Assembly: GCA_002633005.1 (NCBI GenBank)
Contig: NMRA01000006.1
Coordinates: 1,520,888-1,584,887 of the forward strand
DNA from: Phoronis australis
Lineage: Eukaryota > Animalia > Phoronida
Direction of reading: 5' to 3'
DNA length: 64,000 nucleotides
Both the position numbers and the translations under genes were made by a program. The notes beneath the pieces were generated by a model. The model ran no database searches and was not told where the DNA came from. It saw only the letters and a list, made by a program, of their open reading frames with translations. Position 1 is the stretch's first letter. The number at the start of each line of letters is the position of its first letter. Positions 11,548 through 23,500 of the stretch are shown one piece after another.

Positions 11548-14500
11548 ATGGAGCTCAGGGTTGGCGGAAAGTTCCGTCTTGGTCGCAAGATTGGTAGCGG
11601 CTCATTTGGTGATATATACCTCGGTAAGTTCCTTTTTATTGTTATTGTTTTTATTTATTTATCCAAGATACGAGAATCCGGAAATGGCGTTTACAGTTTG
11701 CGATTCATTCAAAATCATTTCTTTTTCTTTCCTGTAATCAGAATTTCGGAAACCAAATAGCATTCTGTGGCAAATAGAGCAAGATTCAAATGAATTTCGG
11801 TTATTTGTTTATTTCTGTTCTCAATATTCACCAACCATTTTAACAAATCGCAAAATCAGTCAGTGACAAATGTGATGTTTCTGATAAAAAAAGTCCTGTG
11901 CGTTTTTCATACATGTAATTGAAGTCATGACAATAAAGCAATTTCCACATATAATTGTAGATTTTAACTGCTGAAAACAATAATAATTGGATAATAAGAA
12001 CCCTGGCATTAATTGTCTAAATGTGTGTCTCTGTGTTGTTGTGTCGGCTAACATTCTAACCCACTGATGACTGTATGCTGAGCTTTGGTTCTTACTCTTA
12101 GTCATACATTCTGCGCCTGTTACGCACTACTTCGCAATGTAGCATTGAAATTTAGCTAAAAGTAATGTTTCTCATTTGTTATTCCACAGTGTAGTGTGAC
12201 AGTGTTAATCTTATCTTTAGTGCTATGAATCATGGTAGCAGATCAATATGAGATGAGTTTTAGTCAGATTAAATATTGTTTCCTTTTTTGCTTGTCAATT
12301 TGGCGGCAATAAGAAATGCCATACCAGCGATTGAACTCCTTATTAGACATTGTGTAAATTCCCTGTCATCTTAATCAGCAAGAGTCTAAATTGGGTTGCA
12401 TAGGAAAAACTTTTCATCTCTTTGAAAATATGTTTTAAACTTAAGACGAGTTTCAAAAACTCTTACCAGGGCCGTCAATGCCTCAGTTTTGGGTCTGAAT
12501 ATCAACCTCATTGCTCTCTGAAGGAAATATTTACTTATTTGCTTTTAAAGTGCGTAAAATCACTGATGTCATCTTAAAAAACGTCGAAATTCAACCCCAC
12601 CAGTCTATCAGCTGTCAAATTGCACCCTCAAACACTATCTTACGATATGTTAATTTGCTGATCTCTGAGTTATGAGCATATATTGTTACGTAAAATTGGG
12701 ACAACCAATCACACCACTAGTCATCCTCCACTGCTTTGGTATGAAATTCCATTAGATAGTACTGTTCATTTTCCCGTGGTTCATGGAATAATAAAGAATG
12801 GAGAGACGGTGCGTTTTTGGTGGTTATGACAACTCTGTGTATATAGGCCCTTTCGTGCTGACTTTACTCCAGTATAAGCGCAGTGTCAACGTAAATTGTG
12901 AAGTTAATTGAATCGTTCATTCCGGTCTTGGTAGTCAACAGACATCGAAGTAAACGGTTGGTGACGTTGTCACCATCGAAGTTATCGCAAGATATTGCTC
13001 ATGCGTATGTGAAAACTTGAGAACATTTATGTGTGCTAATTGACATACGGTAAAACTTATTTACAATTCGATTGGTGATAATTCAAGCAAAGTATAAGCA
13101 ACTTTAATTGTTGATGATAGCAGTGGCCCCTGGTGGTAATTTCAATGAGACCACAGTTGACCGTAAATACCGTACAGCAGCGTCGACACTCCAATGTTAA
13201 GTCCACCTGGTTACTGTGAGGTTAACTGGTGCTGTTAACTTCGATACAGGACTGAAGTTGATCGTTCATACTGACCGCAACTCCCCAAAACATGGACGCG
13301 TCGAGGTTAGTATGAAAAGGCCTATGACAATGCTGTGCTGTGGCTTTTTTACTTTCCCTTGGAACATCAGAGAAGCACGGATATTGTGCATGGTGTACAA
13401 TAAACTCGTGTGTTGGTGGACATGACATTAGAGTTGGGTACATTCATACGACACGTTCATTTCTGTGGGGCTAGGAAACTCTCAAGTATAGTAATTTTTC
13501 TTCTGTTTTCTCATTATGTGGATATTGAATTCAGGATTGTGATGTGCAGTACTATAAAGGATGGTCTAATGATGCTGACAATGAAGTCACTTTTCAAAAC
13601 AATGTAAACTGTGGTTTTAAGCACTTATAGCAAAATTTGCTTCACCAGGCCCAGAAACTCCTCACTAATGATCAACGTTCTCCTCAAGATTAGACATTCC
13701 GTTAGTAAGTTTTATTAACGGCAAAACTCCGCACGTCTACGCCATGTGTCACAGCCTTGAGCTGGTGAACAGGATGTAGGTTAGTTTATTGCAGTCTGCA
13801 AATGTAGGGGCAGTTATGCAGTGTCGAGAAAGAATGGCAATCATGGGAGTCCTCGGTTCACAATTCAACTCCCCTGCTACTTAGGCGACACTACCAAGTG
13901 GTGTTCAAGGCATTGCTTTGAAATTACTTCAGAGAGCTCAGTTTTGGGGCTATTGATAGGCTGAAAACGAAGAGCGGGGTTGTAGTTAGGGTAAAATCGG
14001 CGGGGTATTTTCTCGTTGAAAATAATTTCCGTATCAGAAGAGATTGTCGTCCTTCCCTTCAGGTGAGCGAGGGCACTGCTTATTACCTTCAACTCTTAAT
14101 TATTCTATTCGTAACCTCATTGAAGCATGCTTATGCGAATTATGACAGATTTAANAAAACAATGTAAACTGTGGTTTTAAGCACTTATAGCAAAATTTGC
14201 TTCACCAGGCCCAGAAACTCCTCACTAATGATCAACGTTCTCCTCAAGATTTGACATTCCGTTAGTAAGTTTTATTAACGGCAAAACTCCGCACGTCTAC
14301 GCCATGTGCCACAGCCTCGAGCTGGTGAACAGGATGTAGGTCATTGCCTAGTTAGTTTATTGCAGTCTGCAAATGTAGGGGCAGTTATGCAGTGTCGAGA
14401 AATAATGGCAATCATGGGAGTCCTCGGTTCACACTTCAACTCCCCTGCTACTTAGGCGACACTACCAAGTGGTGTTCAAGGCATTGCTTTGAAATTACTT

Positions 14501-17500
14501 CAGAGAGCTCAGTTTTGGGGCTATTGATAGGCTGAAAACGAAGAGCGGGGTTGTAGTTAGGGTAAAATCGGCGGGGTATTTTCTCGTTGAAAATAATTTC
14601 CGTATCAGAAGAGATTGTCGTCCTTCCCTTCAGGTGAGCGAGGGCACTGCTTATTACCTTCAACTCTTAATTATTCTATTCGTAACCTCATTGAAGCATG
14701 CTTATGCGAATTATGACAGATTTAACATAGAACTTGCGCCCCATTTTTGATGCCATTAACTTCGGAGTTGAGCTTATGAAACGTGACGAATAACGACCTT
14801 CAGCATTTTGTCTATCATAGCACGTCATTTATTGAACTATTACTATATTGCAAAATCTGCTTGTTGAGATAAAAGTCTATGTTGACTTGGCAGAGTTTTT
14901 GTGGTTTAGTCAAGCTCTCTTCTCAATGATTATGTGATTAAATTATCTTGTAATATTCCAGTTAATTAAGCTTTATTTTACGCCTTTCCTGAATTTTTTA
15001 AATGATTAGTTTTTATTAGGAAGCTCACTCACCTTTCTCTTTATGTGGTGACAAGAGCAGGCAAGAGGTTGACACAGAGTGTTGCTGCTATATATTTAGT
15101 TGTTTGATTTGTAAGACAAATTTTTAAGCTCAAGGTTTAAGAGTAGCTGATTGTAGAAATGGTCAACACAGAATTGCTTTACGTTATTGTCATCAGTTCA
15201 GTTTGGTAACGGTTTTTGGTTGTGGAGGGGTTTCAGTTATGAGGAATTTTTGTTTTGAGTAACAACATCATCATTCCCACTATTGTGGGTATGAAGTCTG
15301 CGTAATGTCTTGAGTCTATTTGTTTGAGCTGTCATAATTTCGTAAGTGCTAGCTTGTTGCCATCACGAGGTTCAGGTTGAGGTTAAAGCCAGGTCAGTGC
15401 GCTTTTAATCTCTAATCAGGTTGTGTCGTGGCTCTGAGGCATTGTCTGTCCCGATTCTGGCCTGGGACACTTGGCCCTTAGTAGACAGAGCTTGGCAGCA
15501 TTCGCTTGACTGGTTCCTTGCAGTGTTACCAGTGCACTATTGAACAGCTGAGGAGGTCAAGTTCATTGTTTACCTATTGTTATTGTTGTAGGGCTATGTT
15601 ATTGGTTGTTCCTGTGGTTGTGGGATGAGACAGACCTTGCCACTTCAAAGTCTACTGCAGGGACTAGTCTAAGTGCCTTTGTTCTTGGCTGGTCTGGTTA
15701 TAACTTTGTGATTCGGCTGTCTAATTTGTAACTCCTGCAAATGTTAAGGTATACCCCTGCTAAAAATTCTGATAGTCCGACCTAACGTAATTTTGCCCCA
15801 TTGTGCTGCTGGTAAATGTAGAGCATCCAATAATACAGTTGTTTTATTTTGTTCCTGCCCGTTGTTTAGAAAACACCTATGTCCTCTTGTGATAGTGTTC
15901 AATTTGGCGCTGTTTTTGCTTATAAATATAATTTTATTTGTTAGGAAGACTGAACCTGGCAATGTGACATGTAGTAGTTGCACTGGTACTTTCTTTGTTT
16001 CTGAAAGCATTTCTATCTCTGCCTCTGCGCACACGTGTGGCTTTAGTATGGAGCTACTAATTGATGCCTGGCAAATTAAGTCAGCACGCAGCACTGGCCT
16101 CCCAGCAGCTGGTCCTGCCTATTTAGATTATACAGGAGCTATCATCCTGATGCAGGAATGTGCACTAAACAAAGATTTGTCTGGTGGAACTCCACTTGAC
16201 CCTGTTAGGGGGAGGGGGCTCAGGTTGCCATCTCGCTTACAGGAGCTATGAACTGAACTTTGTGCTTGTCATTGGTTGGCGTGGTCCTGTATTCTGCACT
16301 TTTTTAGGTCATTGAGTTAGCCAAACCTGTCCCCTTGGGAGTCCTAACATCCTGGTGTAGGTGAGACAAAGCAGTTAATAGGAACATCCATGTAATGTCT
16401 TATCATGAATTTGATGGAGATGAACTATTCTAATTCCTTGTTGAAGAGGAACATTTTTGATAGGTGAGAATTAGTAAACTACTTGCTAATAGTGGGAACG
16501 TTAATGTGGATAGATTTCACCCATTGTTCGTAAGGTTGAGGGTTTCGTTTAGGCTACATTCACTGAGATTGACAGGTTCTTGTTAGGTATATCTGCTGAG
16601 TCACGCGCCCAACTTTGATGTACACTTTATTGAGTATTAGAATGCACTCACCGCCTTGTTTGATTTGTGGAGAGATTATAGGTACTCAAGAGCTTCTGCC
16701 GTTTGTTGACAAGGCTCTAGTAAATGCTAATTCTAGTTCAAACTCGCTAAGTTTTGACAGAAACATTCAATAATGCTTGCACGCTTTTGTTGGCCTGTAC
16801 GTTACTTTCTATATTTATGCCAGTCCCTCTTCACGCTATGCGCTAAAAACTGCTTTCTGTGAATGTGCTGTGTTGCGCACTGCCAATAACAACAGCAGTC
16901 CTGGTATGTGATGTGTTCAGGGATTTAGTCTCTTATGAACAGGTGTGTAATCTCATCTGGCTTGTTGACTCCAATGTTCTAAACTCTACTTCACTGCAGT
17001 GCCTGTAGCTTATTTGTTGTGTCACAAATGGATGTATGACATTTAATGTGCACTTCACCTTTGCTTGAACTTCGATAACCCTTGACCCCACAGAAACTGC
17101 CATATGTACCAGGGGACCACTATACTGCAGTGTAGGCTGTATGGCTTACTCTCCATTTCAAAACGGTGTTGTCTGTCTTGTTACCAGACTTGGATGACAG
17201 TGTCAAGTGTGTGCCAATAACCGTGCAGAGCATATGTCAGTGCCATGTTGGGTTCAATTTACATTAGTGCATTGTACCATGGGATGGTACACAACATGAT
17301 GAAACAGAGGGGTGGGAACAGTGTTAGATGTTTACACATGTTAGTGACAAGCAGAGTTGTGCAGTCTGACTCTGTTGTGGTAGTTTTCATTGCCCTCATC
17401 TAAATCAACAAATTCACCATATCTTGACAATTTCCAGATGTTATGTTCTATGTGGGTCATTGCATATAAACATGGTGTAATACACATGAACACTGCTTCT

Positions 17501-20500
17501 CCCAATCTGATTTTGCAGTCTAATCATGTAGCATGGTGGGTAATGGTCTGGTATAATAACTGCCCGAATTTTGAGAACCAGTTTTCTCCACTGAATCACT
17601 GGCATAAACTGGTTCTCAAAATACGGACACGTTATATCAGACTATTGCCACATGGTCAGTGCTGATGGTGACCATTTGCAGAAAAAAATGCTTACGTCTG
17701 ATACAAGTCTAAACTTTGGAGGAAGGTGCCTGGTCACAAGACCTGGGTAATGGTAGGACCTCGCTAAAATCTAGCCAAAATCTCGTGTTCTCGCGAGGTC
17801 CTGGGGTTACTAAACTCTACCCTGCAGTTGCCTTGATTGCTGTGCAGGCCTCGACATAGCAAGTACACACTCGAAAATACAAGTTGCAATTGTGAAATAA
17901 AAAGAAGCAGTGTCTCACGCATAGATTTTCACCAAATGCAAATTTGCGAGAATCCCAGAATTCCCAAGTCGCCTAACAAGATCTGAGGTCGCCGAAATTG
18001 ACATAATCGACCAAAAACTTTCATGCTGCACTCCGTTCTCAAAAATATGCGCATACCTCTTCCGTTTCCATTTCTCACGTGAAAAATATGCACCTTTAAA
18101 TTTCCAACTCAATTCCTCCTGCCAATGAAGAACACAAATGATCAGATACACTGGAGGTGCATGTTTCATGATCCAATCTTGATCGATTTTGGCTGAACAT
18201 GTCCGACTTCTGTCTGTTTACTTCCTGTTTTAATTTAAGCGCATGTTTATTGTGTGCTGGATTTGCAAAATAAATGGAACAACTGTGAACCAAAGGCATT
18301 GAATGTAGGAAAACTGTTAGTAATTTAAAGTTTGGAAGTTACCACAAATTTGGAGGGAAATATTGCCTCACTTTGATACTCGTGGCGGCTTCGGGGATTT
18401 TTCCCAGGTCGCTAAACACAATCTGAAGTTGCTTTGGTGACTTGTAGGTCGTCAAAGCGAGCACTGAAGCAAAAAATTGACCTCACTGTTTATGAGTGAA
18501 AATCTGGAGACACAGCGCCGAATACGTCCTCGCTCATATTTTCGAACGGTCATATTTTCGTGTGGGCATTTTTACCTGTGTCGAGCACTGCAGTGTGTAT
18601 GTTTGTTGTGGGGTCAGAAACGTGCAGAACTCGACCACTTGGTCCGCTTCACACCGCTTCTCCGTCTCTGGTAACGTTGCCTCTGGCTGTGGTGGGCTGC
18701 GCTAGCGTACTATACCTATCTCTCTCAAACAGGCACTAACATTTCCATGGGCGAAGAGGTGGCCATCAAGCTGGAGTGTGTCAAGACCAAACACCCGCAG
18801 TTACACATCGAGAGCAAGTTCTACAAGATGATGCAGGGCGGAGGTAGGTCGCGCTCTGTTTAACCCCTACCATTAACATACTCACCCGTGGCTGTGGCGG
18901 TAGATCATGACAGCCACACTGCCCTGTCCGCCTGTCTGCATCTGTCCGCCTGTCTTGTCTGTTCAGCGTCTCTTCGTTGGACATCGTCGGCATAGTGCTA
19001 ATGGCGTGCGCCTGTTGCAATTTCTCCCCAACTAGGTACGGAGGTCCCGACGGGGGAGGAGGTAGGCATCAAGCTAGAGTGCGCCAAAACGCACCACCCC
19101 CAGCTGCACATTGAGGCGCGCATGTACAAAATCCTGCACCCGGGTGGTAAGTCGATGACCGTCTGTAATTGTGAAGTGCTGTGTCCGCAACTGACTGTAT
19201 GTATGTCGCCAATGTGCAACTATCTGTATTTGCTGAGAATGAATGCGTGTGTGTGCTTGTCATCGACGAGGAGCTGACTGTTTGAGTATTGTTAGCCAAC
19301 CGTGACTGGTAAGGACTCTGAGCGTGCGTTTTCTGTGATCATGTGACCATGTTGTCCAGAACTGTGATGCTGAATTTGTTCATAAACTTGACTGCAGGGA
19401 ATGGATTGCCTGATGTTCTTGTAGTGTGTGCGTTTCTGAATTTGTTTCAGATTTTTGAAACTGAACAGTACATCTGCAGACATTGGCAACTGTTTTTGGG
19501 CTTGGGTAGGCACAAACCATCCTGGCTGATCTTTTGTAGGTAGCCACTCAACGGTGAACCTTGGTCTATTGTCTTAGTAAAGGAGGAGATCATTTATTAA
19601 CGATAACTGAAACCTGTTCACACAAGCACCTGAGGAGGTGCCTTTGTTTGTAGACCTGGCAGTGGCAACTTATAGGAAATCTATAAGTGTTTGGTTACAG
19701 CACACACATTTGTTTGGTACTGTATTGTTTACTGATATGTGGGCAGGATTCCCTCTAGGGTTTTCTCAGTCAGCTGCTGCTCCTGATGATGTGAATAACG
19801 GCAGTGCAGTTGCAGTTGACTCTATTGTTGGGATGGGTCTCTTATAGTGATTCAGACATCCTGTTTGCTCAAAGGAAATAAGAAATTTTATCCAAAATTT
19901 GAAATGAGGTGTATTTAGTCTATGCTCGACTCATAATACTTAAAAAATCCTTGTTTAATTCTTGAAAGAGTGTCTCATTTTTGAGTTTGATTATTTTCCG
20001 CAGTAGTTCACCAACATGAATGTGAAACCATCCAGATTGAGGAAATGCGCCCTTAGCGAGAGACCCTGATTCTCCGCAATACCGGAAATGGATGTAATTT
20101 AGATAATTGGACTTCATTTCTGGAATTAGAGGTTTTGAATGTAATTCAGGTACTCTAACTAACGTTACCATAATTGAATATTTTTTGTTTTTAATTACAA
20201 AAATTAAGAATCAAATTTTGCGATTCTGGCTACAAATCTATCAACGGTCATATTGCAGGGGACATGTTCAATTATTTTTGAAAATGGTGCTCCTCTTTTT
20301 CCAGTTTTGAGAATCAACAAACATGGTTTGCAGCAAGTTATCGATAAAGTGTACTCATGTTTATCACTTTGAAATGAAAAAGATTTTGCTAATTAACTGA
20401 ATTGGGAACTTGGAATTCTATGCTTGCTCACTGGATTTCTCTGTTAATGAAAATGGGCCTCTGATGAGTCTAACCTTGCAAGGTGTGATGCGATATCACC

Positions 20501-23500
20501 TAGAGTAGACTTTGATTAATGAAGAGTTTTTTGTTGCCACGTAACTAGGACGTTCTATGCCCTGTCTGCCTAATATTACTGCAAAAAGCAGTAATTAATC
20601 ACGGTAGATAAAAACTCCACCATTTACAAGCAAGCTGCGACAGAAAGCAGACACTGCTAAGGACACTATTGATTTCTGTTAGTTAGTTCACCCCGTGTCC
20701 ATGCATGTCATTCCAAAGGCTTTCATGCAGGGATTTTGCCAAGTCATTCTACTAACTGTTCTTGGGGTTAGGTTCAGTTGTGTAGGGGGGGTTCCTCAAC
20801 ATATTAGTTTAGTTGGTTGATGATTGGTAGACTGTTGATTCTATCAATGGTTTGCATTGGTGTGAGGTCATGTGGTGTGTTTGAAGATATCCTATCCACC
20901 AGCGAGGTTGGTACCGTTCAGTGATCGTGAGGAACAGGTAGGACAGCTCTGGCATTAAAGTGGTATCTGGTACAATATTCAGTTGAAAAATCAACAGATG
21001 GCTCTGATAATGAATTTACTTTCGAAACATAGATCAACCTAGGATGTTGCCCTTGCCTCCATGGTTGCCTTGACGACTGCCTGGGTGTGTTTTGTGTTGG
21101 TGTTTGTGTGTGTATGTGTTGGTGGTTCTTAAGGTGTGTGGTTGTGCAATCAATGTCATCTTACTGTCCATTGTTCAAACAAACTGACTTGATGTGTAAT
21201 TAAGGAGTGGCTTTTGAGACTGCCGCCAGACGTGCAGCAACCAAAGGGCAGCTTGCCCCAGATCAGCTGAGCATCAAAATACACAAATGAGTCACCGGTG
21301 CTGTGAGGGAAATGATGCGAGTCGATCTCCTGTGGATTAACTATATGAGCTGGGTGCACATGCACTTAGCTGACTGTTACATTCATAAATATGAAACGGA
21401 AAACTGCCATTTGTTGTTGCTGTTCTATTGCGAAACTATAATCGTGGAACGTGTTGTAAGTTGTATTGTTTAGCAAGTGGAGAAACTATGACCACTGCTT
21501 ATTCATTTAATGTCATGTTTTGGGGTAAAATCTCTCATTTTTGGATAAAATTTCCAAATTTACGCTTTTAGATTCTAACATTGTTGTGAATGCGCACAAT
21601 GTTTCAAAACGTCGTATCTGTGGTACAGTATTTGATCATGGAGATGCATTTAATTTGTTTCGTTTCATACTACATGTTTCATGAAAAAATGTTAAAAACA
21701 AAATTTCACTTGTCCCCATATTGTGTCCTAAATTGTAGAGAGTTTTCCATAGGTTACAAACTGCAGATTGCTGTAAAATTTTTACTTAATATCTCTGCTT
21801 TCATCATTGCTTGGGCTTTCTGTCCTGTGGTAAAGTAGTCACTGCTTGAACGGTAATTATCTCTTAGAACCGGTTTTCTACACTGAATAATTGGCATCGA
21901 ACTGGTTCTCAAAACCTGGGACCCCCTGTAAGTGACTGTAGCCATTCAGCCTATAATTTGAGCATTACTTTGAGGTGCTTGTTTTTTCACATTTGCGTCG
22001 AAACTTTTGTGTTTTTTTATTTTACCATTTTTGGCAATGGTGCTACAGGCTTTGTGTTCTTTTTACCATATCTGGGGGGTATACAAAAAGGACTCCTTAA
22101 AGGCGAAATCTTAAGACGTGTTTGGTTTATTTATGGACATTCAGAGGAAATTACTCAATTGTTAGACATCTTCGGAGACAACTGTTGTTAATTTATTCTC
22201 TTGATAAGAAAAGTTCGCCAGCGTGACATTATGATTTCTTTTCAGTGGGTATTCCCAGTATTAAGTGGAGCGGTACGGAGGGTGATTACAATGTGCTGGT
22301 CATGGAACTCCTCGGTCCGAGTCTAGAGGACCTATTCAACTTCTGTAATCGCAAGTTCAGCACAAAGACAGTATTGCTATTAGCCGACCAGCTAGTAAGT
22401 GGACAGTGCCAAGGACGTCGTTCTCACATACGGATGTATTGGGACTGAAATGATGCACTGGCGCACAGTTCAAGGGCCCTTTGAGCCCGCACTTAACATC
22501 ACAATGGGGGTGGGGTTGTGTTTGATTTGTTTGATTTTGGTTTAGGTTAAACTTTTTGTATAGAACAAAGACTCGACGCTACAATGTCTGTAACTGACAT
22601 TTTTTTATAAAAACATCAAGTTGGATTTACTTGGAAATCCTGAAGTGCTTTTTGCTAACATTTGTCCACAGCATTTCGGAGTCCAAAGAAAATACGTTTT
22701 CTGAGTCCTGCGTATCAAAATCATTAACAACCGCATTGAAATTAACTGTGCCAGTAGGCTGTTGCCTCGTTTCAGTCCCGGTGCGGGTGTATGTGTGCAC
22801 GCGTGCGTAGGTGGTTCCCAGTAGATGACCCATCTCTCTATCGCGTCTGTCTGTTGTTGGTTTCAGTCGGCATCCCCACCATCAAGTGGTGCGGGGCAGA
22901 GGGCGACTACAACGTGTTGGTCATGGAGCTACTCGGCCCCAGCATCGAGGATCTGTTCAACTTCTGCTCGCGCCGCTTCAGCCTGAAAACGGTGCTGCTG
23001 CTGGCCGACCAGCTAGTAAGTGCCCGCCCCGCGTACCCACCCCACCCTGCCCCCCTTCCCTGTCCCCTGGGGGGTAGTGTGCGGGGGTGGTGGGCGTGCT
23101 CTGCATGTTGTCACCGCGTGACTCGATGTTGTATGCATCCTCTCTCACCCACCACTTGACGGTTGTAGCCGGCAGTTACACAGGAACGTCCATCCTCTAG
23201 AAGCACCTATGGGTGCCTTTCGAGGAAAATTGTCATTGCTATTTTAAGAGGGCATTCACATGTAAATTTACCTTTTTTAACTGAAAAGTAACTATTTCTA
23301 TGAACACTGCTGTTAACTTGACCAATTGAGTTTCAGAAACGACAAAACAGTTTTCTTCACAAAACCCCCTTGTGCCACCACACATGGACTGCCAGACTAA
23401 ACCAAGTGTCTTGTGTGAAGTTAGGCTGTTGTGCTATAGCTTCTGCTGCCTTATCTGCCATTTTCACATCCACAACCGGTCATCAAAAAGGTCATTCGTT

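Noticed and set aside
13596-14725. Apparent tandem duplication producing two identical 71-aa ORFs
   Set aside because: Near-identical copies abut a single N, the signature of overlapping contig ends or haplotypes; the ORF has no recognisable homology.
15744-16251. Overlapping 152-aa (+) and 116-aa (-) ORFs in CK1 intron 1
   Set aside because: Non-ATG or weak starts, no motif, no phase-compatible exon boundaries recognised.
18733-23015. Alternative idea that the duplicated CK1 exons are assembly artefacts or a second CK1 gene
   Set aside because: Copies are strongly diverged at silent sites with unrelated flanks and no Ns; exons 1 and 4-6 are single-copy, and the order 2A-2B-3A-3B does not fit whole-gene duplication.
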